From positions 65,536,001 to 65,600,000 of the forward strand of contig NC_045696.1 in assembly GCF_009834535.1 (NCBI RefSeq): 64,000 nt of DNA, in the 5' to 3' direction. Shown here one piece after another: positions 13,271-25,139 of the stretch (positions are counted from its first letter, which is position 1; each line of letters begins with the position of its first letter). The translations under genes were made by a program, and so were the position numbers. The stretch is from Camelus ferus. Taxonomy: Eukaryota. The notes under the pieces were generated by a model. It was not told where the DNA came from. It made no database searches and worked only from the letters and a program-made list of their open reading frames with translations.

Positions 13271-14177
13271 GGAAAGTGGTGTGATACAAAAATGTGACTT
13301 GCTTCAGGTCACACAGCTACTTACATGATATGGGCTACCACTCGTAACTGACATTTTAATTCAGTGCTAGCAGCAGTATCTAGCAAAAGAAAAACATTCT
13401 ATTTACTTAGTTACAAAAAATGACATTTCCACCCAAAAATCCCTTAGAGTTATGAAATGTGAATGCAAATCACATGAAAAGATCTTTTGGTTGAAGGTGG
13501 CAAATAATTGAACACACACACATTTAAACCAACCAGAAACTCAAACGCACGTGACTTAGGAATGAGAAGGAGCCCCAGCCTTGTAGTGACACAGATCTGA
13601 ATTTAAATCCAGATCACCCACATCCAAATAGTGGAAAGGTGAACCAGTTATTCTCTTGAAATGACAACTGGCACATGAATAAAATGGAGAGATATTTATC
13701 TAGCTTAGAGGGCTGATACGCAGAATAAATGAGATAATGTGCTTATGGTATATAATGCTACTGTACCCATAGCAAGATCTCAAGAAGTCATAGCTTGTAA
13801 TGATGGTAGTAGTAACGCCATAAAACATTTACAGCAGGCACAGACTGAAAAAAGCAACTGACTGTTTTCTAACTGGTGTCCTTAAAGGAGAGGCCCCTTA
13901 AGTCTCCCAAAGCAATGTAGACTAGAAGAATGTTCAGGCTTCCTCCAGCTGTGACAGACTATAATGCATAGTTTGACTCCAACACATTAGAAAGTTGTAT
14001 CTTGGAGCATGGACTGGAGGTTGTTTCAGGCCATCTAGTAAGGGACCAGAATAGGGCCTATATAGACCTGAAAGGTCTGCATGCAACCAGACACTAGAGA
14101 GAAATGGTGGACTGTCATAGGACTTTGAGTTCTAAAAGGAGAGTACTAAACCTCAAGATTTAATACTTAAGCCATAG

Positions 14178-15003
14178 TGTTACCGAAATACAGCCTCCCA
14201 CTTACTGAACTGAGACTCAAGGACAGAGTTTTGGATGAAGTAGAAAAGGCAGCTTTATTTCTTTGCCAAGCAAAGGAGGTCACAGTGGGCTAATGCCTCT
14301 AAGATTGTGAGCTTTGAAGCCAGGGGATTTTATAGTACAAGTTTAAGAGTTCAAGGGACAGGGCTAGTTTCCAGACACATTGTATACAGGGTAACAAACT
14401 GTTGCAAAGTTGTTCTTGTTTTTGCAGATGCAATCATCCCCTTCCCTCTGCTGGGTATGAAGTTCACCTCCAGCTTTGGGACTCTCTTAATATTCTTGTT
14501 CCTAGAACAAAGGATGCATAGGAAGGGGGCTCTGTGGAAAAGAGCTCTAGAGAAAAAGTCTTAAGTCAGGTTGACTTATAAGCCTTCAAGCCTTTTAAGC
14601 AGGTTGAGGCCTGGGACCTCCTGCTGCAGGCTATGGCCTACAGCTTGAACAACAGGATACAAGGAAACCAAAAGGGGGCAAACACGAATGCAGACATGCA
14701 CAATTGGAGCAATTTATGAACAACATGATGCACACAACTGCCCAATCTGAGGTGTAGGGTCAAGAGGAGGGCATGGGGGTCAAGAGGAAGGCACTTGGGG
14801 CAAAAGCAGGGCACTGTGCATGATCCCTGTGGTGGGTTAGGTGGACCACCCAAACCTCCCTCTTCAGCCTAACCCTGGTCAGCAAGAGCATGAGAAAACA
14901 AGAGCATGAGAAAACCCTTTTAAACCATTTCACAGTGGCAGTTACAAACACCACTGCAGATATCAGATGGTCACCAATGACAATAGGTTCCTGCTTGGTT
15001 ACA
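14178..15003 (-). mobile_element. ERV1 solo LTR (826 bp)
   Basis: TG...CA termini, TSD ATAG (14174-14177, 15004-15007), TTTATT near the left end. Confidence 0.8.
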
Positions 15004-15569
15004 ATAGAGCCCTTGAAGATAGTATACTGCAACTCATTTTCATTTGGGGAAACTGCTTTAAGGAAATAATTTGAAACTCTGAAACCAGGAAAGGGAGTAG
15101 GGTCAGGGAAGGAAAAAAAAAATGTGATTAGAAAAAAAAAACCACTTAAGTCCCAGCCAGGTACACAGGCCTACGGTAAAACTGAATATAAATTGGATTT
15201 TTGTCTACTACTTCCCCACCCCATCCCACCCCATACCTTACCACCACACCAACAGGGCTCTAGTATAATAACCCTGGGTTAGAGCAGACAGGCCTATGAA
15301 CACAGATTCCCTCTGAGGAGGAGTATGTGGGGAACCACAAAGTGAGGGGGGGAAGACAAATACAAGGATACACATGGCACTTTAAGCCATTTAACCTATA
15401 GCAAAAATGAACATTAAACACAGCTCAACTCATATCCAGTTTAAAATAAATTCTCACACTGATTTGTGAGGTAATCCTCATAGATTGAGTCCTTCCTATT
15501 GCCAAATACAACATATCTGACTTGAGCTAGAAAAATTACAAGACATTCCAAAAGGAAAAAAAAAAAACC

Positions 15570-18500
15570 ACAAAACTCCCAACTTGATCTATAGATTCAA
15601 TGCAATCACAACCAAAACCCCAGTAAGTTGTTTCATGAATATTGACAAACTGATTCTAAAGTTTATATGAAGAGGCAAAGACCCAGAATAGTCAACATAA
15701 TATTGAAGAACAAAGTTGGAGGGCTGACACTAACTAACTTCAAGAGTTACTATAAAGCTGCAGTAATAAAGACTGCATTGGTAAAAGAATAGACAAATAG
15801 ATCAATGGAACAGAGGAGAGAGCTCAGAAACAGACCCACATAAATACAGTCAACAAATCTTTGACGAAGGAGCAAAGGCAATACAAGGAGCAAAGATAGT
15901 TTCTTCAGCAAATGGTGCTGAATCAACTGGACATCCACAGCAAAAAGTAAATCTAGACACAGACCTTACACCCTTCACAAAAACTAACTGAAACGGGGTC
16001 ACAGACTAAATGTAAAGCAAAAAAGGGTCAAATTCCTTAAGATAACATAGGAGAACACTTAGATGACCTTGGGTATGACAATGATTTTGTAGATATAACA
16101 CCATTTCTATGAAAGAAAGAATTGATAAGCTAAACTTTATTAAAATTAAAACTTCTGCTCTGTGAAAGACAAAGTCAAGGGAGTGAGAAGACAAGTCACA
16201 GACTGAAAAATACTTGTAAAAGACAATTCTGATAACAGGACTACTGTCCAGAATACACAAAGAACTCTAAAAACTGAACAATAAGATAACAACAACAAAA
16301 AAATTCTAGCGAGCAATCTCTTGAGTACATCCCTCACCAAAGAAGATATACACATGGCAAATAAGGATATGAAGAGTTGCACAAATAATTATTCTCAGGG
16401 AAATGCAAAGTGAAAAAAGATAAAGCACTGCAATCCTGTTAAAATAGCTAATACTTTAAAGAATGGCAATACCAATTGCTGGCACAGATGCAAAGCAACA
16501 AAAACTCTTATTTATTGCTAATAGGAATGCAAAATGGTACAACCCTTTTGTAAGACAGTCTGACAGTTTCTTACAAAGCTAAATATAGTCTTAACATATT
16601 ATTCAGCAATTACACACTCAAGCATTAATCCAGCTGATTTAAAAACTTATGCCAACATAAACAAATGTTTATAGCAGCTTTATTTATAATCACCAAGATG
16701 TCTTTCAAAAGGTGAATAAGTAACCAAGTTGTGGTACATCCATACAATGGACTACTATTTAGTGATAAAAAGAAATGACCAATCAAGCCATTCAAAAACA
16801 TAAGGTGAATTTTAAATCCATATTTCTAAATGGAAGAAGCTAGTCTGAAAAGGCTATATTCTGTACAATTGCTCATTATATAACATTTTGGAAGATGCAA
16901 AATTATGGAGATGGTGGAAAGATCACAGGTTAACAATGGTTCGGTAATTGGTGAGCGGAAGAATACTGAATAGGTAAAGTAGAGGGATTTTTTTAAGTGG
17001 TGAAAATATTTTGTATGATATGATAATGGTGATTACATAGCATTGTGCATTTGTCAAACACACAAAAAATTTACAATACAAAGAGAGGACCTTGGCAAGT
17101 GAAACTTAAGAAAAAATATTTACAAGGTTGGGAAATCCCAGGACAGACTGCAGACTCTGGCTAAATTCTAACTGTACTACAAGTTTATGAAATAATCTCA
17201 CCGAAGGAGATGGGGGGAGGGAATGTGCTGACCTAAGTAACTGTGGAAATGAGTAGCATCTGCAAGACTAAAGTCAAAAGGAACTTTATACATAAGCACT
17301 GCACTCTACTTCCAAGGTCATTTCCCACATGGATTGGGTTAGCAATTCTGAAACCACTATGCATATATACTGCAATTTAACCATTAAGTAAATAAATGAC
17401 AGATGGTGGGAGCAAGGGGTCTTGTCATAGTGGGAAGTTAGAGATAACCAAGATTAAGAGGCTAGAACGATCCATGTGATAATAGTATAGACTTGGACAC
17501 AAGAGTATGAGTTCATATTTAGCTTAATATAGACAGAGATGATAACATATAGTAATACGTGTATTTATCAATAAGTGTATATACACAGTTAGTATACACA
17601 CGTATTTTCCCTTGCTCTGTCAGGTGACATCTCAGTAACAATGAGAGCAGCAAGCACCCAGATCTTGGTTTTAAATACCAAGTTTTAAATGTTTTAAATA
17701 CTATTTAAATGGTATTTTATTTTAAATAGCACTCAAAAATACCATTTTCCAGTAAAAGATACCAGGGGCTCCTTCAAGAAACAGTTGATTCTAGGACTGT
17801 GGACAGAAATATACAAGATGAGCTTGGAGCATATGGTATTGCCAGAAAATAACAAAGTGCTCAAAGCACACAATATGGGAATATGTCAAATGGACACAGG
17901 AGCCAAATGAAGAATTCCCAATGGCCAATGCTGGAACAATTTGAGCAATAAAATGAAGTTGAATTATATCCCATAAGTCCATACTGATATAAATAAAAGA
18001 CGGAAAAAAATAAATTAAGTGGCAGAGAACAAACAAATCTAGTGCTTGAGAGAATTTCAAATAATTTATGTAGATACTCTGCCTTAAAGGAAATGAAGCA
18101 TAACCCCCACTCCTTCCACTGTGGACTGCACAGAGTGATTTCCTTACAAAGAGTGCTGCATGGAAATAAAAGTAACTGCACAATGGAGAAACCTGACAAA
18201 CAAGTGATCAAGTTTAACAACAGTTATTCTTTATAGTATAGAAATTTGGCTCCCACCATTTGGCTACATTTTAAGCCAGATTTATAGTATATATTCTTGA
18301 TATGATGTGATGAGAATGGCACTTTACCTCAGTGGTCTTCCTCCCAAAAACCCATAATTCCAGTCTATTCATGAGAAAGACATCATGACAAATAACAAAG
18401 ATGTTGAGAAACACATTTAAAAGTATCTGATCACTAATCTTCAAAACTATCAAAGCCATCAAAAATAAAGTCTGAGAAAGTATCTTAGCCAAAGGGAACA

Positions 18501-18770
18501 TAAGACATGACAAATAAATGTAATATGTTATCCTGGATGCAGTATTGGAACAGAAAAGGCGAATTAGGTAAAACCTGAGTAAATGTGAATAAAGTATAGA
18601 CTTCAGTTGATGATAAAATATCAGTATTTGTTAATGAATTGTGATTAATGCACTGTGCCAATGTAAGATGTTAACAACAAGGAGAAGTGGGTGTGGAGTA
18701 CCTGTGAACTCCTACTATCTTCACAATGTTTCTGTAAATCTAAAACTTTTCTAAAACAAAACTAGACAAA
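15570..18770 (+). mobile_element. Old L1 (L1MC/L1MD type): ORF2 3' remnant plus long 3' UTR
   Basis: ttgatctatagattcaatgcaatc, gatcaatggaacagaggagagagctcagaaacagaccca, 3' UTR aatggcactttacctcagtggtcttcctcccaaaaacccataa, ending ttctgtaaatctaaaacttttctaaaa. Confidence 0.9.
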
Positions 18771-19490
18771 AAACGAGGGTCTCTTAAATATCTGTGAAAA
18801 CACAAACACTTCCTAGGAGTTATTCTTTTATCTGTTATTAATCACTTACATCTTAGTTAGTAGGTAGGTGTGAGATCAAATTTGGTATGAAGTTGCAGAA
18901 AACAGATCTGTGGCTCTTGAATGTAAATAGGTAAAAAGATGCAGGGTGTGCGGGGGTGGTGGTATGCAAAGTGGATGAGAATACGTTCTAATTTTATACC
19001 CTTGTAATAGAAAAGTCAGTCAGATAACGTGAATGCCAGGATGTTCTGGGATAGAGTAGAAAGAGCAGTCTGGTACCCTTCCTGTGTTATTTTGGTCAAG
19101 TCATTTTCTAGCTTTGGGCCTCAGTTTTTCCATGCACTTAATCAAAGAACTGAATTATAACATCTAAAGGGTCATTCAGCTCTGACTTTCTATGATGCCA
19201 TATGTATTATTCTATCATGGGCTAAATGTTAGGGGAAATTAACAAGACAGAAAGTCAGAAAGTTTTAGTTAATTCACTATAATTTTTGCCAATTTCATAA
19301 TCAAGGGAAAAGGTCTATTGCATACTCTCATATGACATATGATTTCCCACTTTAAGAAAAAGGAACCAAATGAAATTCAATTTCACATTTGTCTTTTGGT
19401 AATGAAAAATTTTAAACAGAAAATTTGCATTTGACCAGAAAGAAGGAACACATAGTTGGCTTATTCTTTTGGTTTGGTTACACTTCACAG

Positions 19491-19547
19491 AAACAGACTC
19501 ATAAGGTAGTATCTGTATGCCACAGATGCCAGAAAATTATTTATGGC
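19491..19547 (+). pseudogene. Candidate exon KQTHKVVSVCHRCQKIIYG (phase 0-0)
   Basis: cacttcacag| acceptor, GGC|gtaaca donor, open frame joining the next exon in phase. Confidence 0.35.
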
Positions 19548-20344
19548 GTAACAGAATAGAAGCATATGTCTATTTAAATAAAGCAGCATTAAAAAGTACA
19601 TTCTCCATTTCCTATACTGATTGCCACTTCATGAAATCTCTCAGATGTAACACTATCAAACTCATGTTGTATTGCCAAAATTCCATAAAAAGAGATCAAA
19701 TCAAGAAAAAAATCTGCCATTTTTAGAAACAGATTAATGATATAAAAGTTAATGCTTACAGGCTTCTTTTATTTACTGGAGAAAGCATAATTAATGGAAG
19801 AACAAACTAGCAAAAAAAAAAAGAATTGTTTCAATCCAATTTATAGTTGTTTTAGATAGTCCTACTCAGAATTTAATCTATACTAGACAAAACCAATAGA
19901 AAAAAAGAACTCATTTATAGCAATTTAATCTTAAATTTTTATTACACTTTCCTGACAGTACTGATAACTGACGTCTGCACACTGAGAGTCATTGTGATTG
20001 ATGACGGGAGTGCTTTGCAACTTTGACTGTTACAGCCATAATAGATCTTGGAGATCAATTCAACCATCATATTTTGCAACTGAGAAGGCTGAAACTTGAG
20101 ACATAAAATAACTAACCTAGAGTCATACGGTAAATTTATGCCAGGGCCAAAACAAAACCTCAAATCATGAAAGTCCCACTTCAGCGCTGCTTTACCCACA
20201 AAAAAAGACAGAACTAGGCAGGACTATTTAGGAATTTTGTGAGTCAAAGGTTAAACAACTGGCAACTTGAAAATGACAATGAGTGTATTTACACCATGTA
20301 TATGAGCAAATACTAAAACTATAGCTTTTTCATTTTTTTTTAAG

Positions 20345-20414
20345 GGAGTTGGTTTACCAACACACCACTGGCCCTGGTCCTCAATTTGCAATCATATTAG
20401 CTGTTTCACAAAAA
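20345..20414 (+). pseudogene. Exon GVGLPTHHWPWSSICNHISCFTK (0-1), donor mutated
   Basis: Long T tract then taag| acceptor; donor reads ATAAGT instead of GTAAGT; open frame in phase with 20537. Confidence 0.5.
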
Positions 20415-20536
20415 ATAAGTTTGATACTAAAGACTAGGAAAACTGATATCTTCAAGTTCATACTTAGCATTTCTAGGTTATGGCGTATTCTACTTATGCA
20501 GGAAAAGCTTAGAAATAGCATTGTGTATTTTTAAAG

Positions 20537-20724
20537 ACTTACCTTTGAACGTAGGTGAAATTTGTATACCCGTGTTTGACAGAGAATGTCAATTCACAGA
20601 ACAGAGAATTGAGGATTTCAATTTTAGTTCTGCTTCTTTTGCCTTAATTTCTTTCCAAATTAGGAATAGGCATAGCTATTTTACAAAAGCAGGGTTATTT
20701 TTACGGTGATCTTACAAGGATTTG
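20537..20724 (+). pseudogene. Exon LPLNVGEICIPVFDRECQFTEQRIEDFNFSSASFALISFQIRNRHSYFTKAGLFLR*SYKDL (1-0)
   Basis: gtatttttaaag| acceptor, TTG|gttagt donor, 62 codons with a single TGA. Confidence 0.6.
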
Positions 20725-21142
20725 GTTAGTTAACTTAGTCAAAAAGACAGTGGGCAGAGCCTGGAGAAGAGCACAAATAGGAGGAGGCACTGAGGAGCCA
20801 AGGGGAGAACAAAACAAAGGGAGTAGATGCCCAAGGAAACATGAACCTGATCGAGGAAGTGGAAGACCAGCTGCTTTAAGTCCTTCTTCCTCAATCTGCT
20901 GCTGTGACTTGGTGAAAAAATGTTGACTCAATTCTCACTTGGATGATCTAACTTTATTATAGGAACTATCACAGTTAATAAATAAATATTATCAAGGCTT
21001 AACTAACTGAACTGTCAGGCATTCTTTGAAGTCTGAGAAATGGAAAAGTGATGTATCCCATTTTTATTAAGTAGAATTTGAGGTATTTATGAGACATTCA
21101 AATGAAGGAAGCCAACTGGCAGTTTAACATGCGGTTCTATAG

Positions 21143-21369
21143 CAGGGTTCCTCACTCTGGACACTAATGACTGCTTGGAATGGATCACTCCTTTGTTGGG
21201 AGATGGGGGGAAGGGGAGTAGCTTGTGCCCTAAGGGATGCTTAGCAGCATTCCTGGCCTAAACCCATTAGATGCCAATAGCACACTCCTCCCCTTGCCAT
21301 CAGAAATGTCTCTAGACATTGCCAGTTGTCCCCTGGAACATGAGAACTGCTTCCAGTTGAGAACCATAG
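21143..21369 (-). mobile_element. MER20 hAT DNA transposon
   Basis: tagatgccaatagcac...aaatgtctctagacattgccagttgtcccctgg...ttgagaacc; 8-bp TSD TTCTATAG / GTCTATAG. Confidence 0.85.
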
Positions 21370-22613
21370 GTCTATAGTGCAGAAAGTGAGTATGGAGTTA
21401 AGAAACAGATTTAGAAATCACCTTTTAGGTAATTGTTAAATCTTAAACAATGGTGGAAATTTTGCAGAAACATGTTTAAAGTAAAAAAAAAATAAATAAG
21501 AAGCCAAAGTCAGTGGGTAAGTTAGAGCCCTGTTACAAATGACAGGTACCTAATTCAAACTAAAGAAATAAGAGAATTTATTGGACTTCTAGAAATGAGA
21601 TCCTGTTAACACCAACATTTAAGGAGCCAGAAAAATGTGCTCATGAAGGAAATGAAAGAACAGGCAACGATGTAAAAAGAAACCCAGAAAAAAATATATG
21701 GTATAATAAAAGCCAGGAGATTCACTATCTTCCCTACTCAGCTCGTACTCTGAGCCTCCTTGTCCTTTGAGGCTGAGTTCAACTTTCATATTTTCTTTGA
21801 AGTTATTACTATCTCTTCAGTCATTACTATCATTCCTATCTCTGATTCCTTTTCTTAGCAACTAAGCCAAATACTCTTGCAGTTAAGTGGGTCCTTTTCA
21901 GCAGTATTTGTTGCTGTTTTGTAAATTCTATTCTTCTCCTTCCAACTAGATTTCAATTTCCTGAAGTATAAAAACCCGTCATCCTGTATAGCTCTCCAGA
22001 GCCTCTGGGCTCAGTGTAGTTAGAAAGTCAATAGGTATTTCAGTATTAACTGTTGATCGGTTCTATCTATTGTCATTTTAGAAGAGCATCATTTCAGTAA
22101 ACATTAGTGAGTAACCCTCATGAGTCATGCTTTGCTCTAGGCACAAGAAAAAATAAAGATGCCATGCATTGTCAGAGTAACATTAGCCTAACATCACTCT
22201 CCAATAGCGCCCCCTATTTTCACCTCCTAGCAACATGTTAATTACTACTCATCTCAAAGGGAGGTAAACCTGGTTTCATTTTTCTCCCCCAAATCAAACT
22301 TAGTTTCACATTAAAACATTTTAAGATGTGCTTATAATTGTTTTCCTTAAACCCAATCTGTGTTTCCAACCAGAATGCGGTATGTTATTTAGAAATAGTA
22401 TTAAATGAGGAATAGGAAGATTTATTTCCATTCTTATGTTACCACTAACTTTTACTATAAATTTCATGAAAGTATTGCCCTTTCTGGTCCTCAGTTCCCC
22501 ACTCTATAAAGTAAGGTAGCTTGATATACGATTCCTAAGTGCCCTTCTAATTTTGACACATTGGATTTAGCGATTTAGTAAAGTAAACCATGCTACTTGA
22601 TGTCTGACTACAG

Positions 22614-22656
22614 CATCCGTGAAGTCTTATGCATTGTAGAAGACAGCAATACACAC
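22614..22656 (+). pseudogene. Candidate exon HP*SLMHCRRQQYT (0-1)
   Basis: ctgactacag| acceptor, weak GC donor; bridges the phases of exons 20537 and 22767. Confidence 0.3.
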
Positions 22657-22766
22657 GCATATATTTTGATGATTGGAAAAAGTAATTTAGTAAAAGGATC
22701 AAATGAATATGCAACTTTATAATAAGTCATGCCAACTGACAACATGTCCTTTTTTGTTGCAAACAG

Positions 22767-22805
22767 ATCTAGTTCATCTTGGCAATAAGATAGAGGTGGA
22801 TAGAC
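22767..22805 (+). pseudogene. Exon LVHLGNKIEVDR (1-1)
   Basis: tttttgttgcaaacag| acceptor, GAC|gtatga donor, open frame. Confidence 0.6.
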
Positions 22806-23046
22806 GTATGAATACTACTGCAACTAATTCTGCTTCCAGCTACCTTGAAAGAATGCTGAGGTTAGCAAGACAGTGAGGTGGGCAATAAATTGCTTTTTGA
22901 ATAGATGGATATATTTTACTTTCCATCACAAGACTGCCTAATAAGTGAGTCCCTTGAGCACAAGTTGGCTTCTATGAAATGTTTTTTAATCTTTGCATTT
23001 CATCACTTTAATTTAAATAACACCCCATATTTTACTTTATCTACAG

Positions 23047-23129
23047 ATAGCCAAGCTTTGTCATCACAATGTCCTGCTGAAAAATCACCCTTCCTATCAG
23101 ATGGGTACCTATTTGATGAGTCTTTTGCT
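23047..23129 (+). pseudogene. Exon SQALSSQCPAEKSPFLSDGYLFDESFA (1-0)
   Basis: ttttactttatctacag| acceptor, GCT|gtaagc donor, open frame. Confidence 0.65.
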
Positions 23130-23227
23130 GTAAGCAGGGACACCTTGCACATATACTTTATGCCTCCTGTCAAATGCTAATAATTAAGAGAAAGAAAAAG
23201 AGATTTATGACTATTTTCGTTTTGCAG

Positions 23228-23273
23228 GGTTCCTAGAAGTTAGAGTGTGCGCAATGGCCACCAGGTTTATGGG
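23228..23273 (+). pseudogene. Exon GS*KLECAQWPPGLW (0-1)
   Basis: ttttcgttttgcag| acceptor, G|gcaagt GC donor, one TAG. Confidence 0.5.
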
Positions 23274-24031
23274 GCAAGTTATTTGTATTTGTAAGCTATG
23301 TATATGTACTGCAAATCCTCAAATTTGCAAAATATAACCATCCACAAACTACTTCCATGCATTTCTACATACTGCACACATAATGATAATCAAAAGAGAA
23401 AAAGAATTAATTGGAATGCTTCCACCCTAATATCGCCTATTTATAAATTTTGTTGTGGTTGGTATTTCCTTCCAGCCTTTGCTCATGTGCAGACATAATT
23501 TACATTCGGCTTTTTTACATTGCATAAAAGGAAACATTTCTCATTCTGCCTCACAGTTATTATAATGTAAAATGGCTATTAACATTCAATTTCTCATGCT
23601 CAAATGAAGCCAAATGGTACTTACTGACCATTTCTTATACCCAGGCCATGATTCTTGGCCTCAGAACCTTTGCATGTGCTTAAAATGTAGGTCCATCTTT
23701 ACATGTTCAAATGCTACACTTTGAGTTCTAAGCATATGATTTCAGTACAAGTGTTCCTGATCACCTTTTCTCCTACCCTCCCCAGATAGGGTCCACCCCC
23801 CTCTTTCTCTGAATTTCCAATTAGGTTTCACTTGCTAACTTGGATTTTTTCCTCCTTGGTCACAGTTGTGCACAAAGTGCACTCTTTCGCTTAACTACCA
23901 GATCACTGGGGAGAAAAATCCATGTCTGACCCTTCATTGTGTCTTCTACAGCAACCAGTACATATTGGAGACAAATAAATGCTAACCAAGTGATATGTGA
24001 TATGCAACCAAGCAATAAGTGATATGCATGC

Positions 24032-24456
24032 TGTATTCATTTTCTATAGCTGTCTTATCAAATTACTAAAAATTTGGTAGCACAAAACAATTTTTAAAAT
24101 CTTACTAGTTGGGATTGATCAGAAATATAACCCAGTTCTCACTGGGCTAAAGTCAAGTTGTCAGCAGAGTTATCCTCCTTTCTACAGAATGTTCTAAGTA
24201 AGGATATGTTTCTTTGCCTGTGTCTTTCTTCTGTGATTACATCTTATTCTCACCCTGACTTAGCTGGGAAAGTTGCTCCGATTTTAAGGACTCATGGGAT
24301 TAGACTTGGTCCATCTAGATAATCCCAGATAATAACCCTATCTCAAAGTCTTTAATCATATCCGTAAATTTACTTGTGCTGTGTAAGGTACATATTCATA
24401 GGCTCCAGGGATTAAGACCTCAGTATCTCCGGGGCACCATTATTCTGCCTACCATA
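24032..24456 (-). mobile_element. MLT1 (MLT1D-like) MaLR solo LTR
   Basis: Ends ...caccattattctgcctaccata (reverse complement of the MLT1D start); 5-bp TSD CATGC / GATGC. Confidence 0.85.
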
Positions 24457-24908
24457 GATGCTCACATTAGGGTTAAAATAGAATGGAGCTGAGAAGTATT
24501 TTAAAATGATTGGGAATATCACCTTCTTATACAGACAAGAAAAGATATTCAGAAAGGACAAATTTCTTGCCCCGAACGCCAAATATAGTAAATGGAAATT
24601 TAAGATCTTGACTCACTGCGCACATTTTCCCATTTAATTTTTCCATTTAATTACATATATCCCCCATATCACAACTACTTATTAGAAACAGAAAATAATT
24701 TATTTTAGAAGATGTATAAGGCTCAAAGAGGTATTTGCTCAAAGGCCTGAGTTTCTCATCTTTATGAATTCTATTCTAGTTATTTCCCTCGTACACCACT
24801 CTGGTCACCAACCCCACATAAATCCAATAAACAAATGCTGAAAACATCCAAATAACGACTTACAATAACAAAAATGAATTTATTTTTAATAGTCTCTTTT
24901 TTTTTTAG

Positions 24909-25139
24909 AGATTCCCTTCCACTTGAGCCTAGCTGAATGACTGCTTCTATACCTGCTCCTTTCTGGGATCCGAATGGGTGTGGAAGCTGTCCTTCATCTA
25001 CCTTGTTGGAAACACAGTTTCTGTGTTTGGGACACAAGCCTACCTAGAGATACTGGGAGGCCTTCGCCCAGACTTGGTTTTACAAGGCAAACTGCCTTTA
25101 CCTTAAAACCGGCTCTAGGAAACAGGTTGAGAAATGGGG
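24909..25139 (+). pseudogene. Exon IPFHLSLAE*LLLYLLLSGIRMGVEAVLHLP... (231 nt, 1-1)
   Basis: Long T tract then ag| acceptor, GGG|gtaagt donor; one TGA in 76 codons. An alternative frame reads GNTVSVFGTQAYLEILGGLRPDLVLQGKLPLP, so a frameshift is possible. Confidence 0.65.

Noticed and set aside
15750..18513. Hydrophobic minus-strand ORFs resembling membrane proteins
   Set aside because: Antisense frames of the old L1
20537..20700. Minus-strand exon ending at AAG|GTAAGT (acttacctt)
   Set aside because: No minus-strand reading frame or partner exons found; the interval is better explained as a + strand exon, although a non-coding antisense exon cannot be excluded
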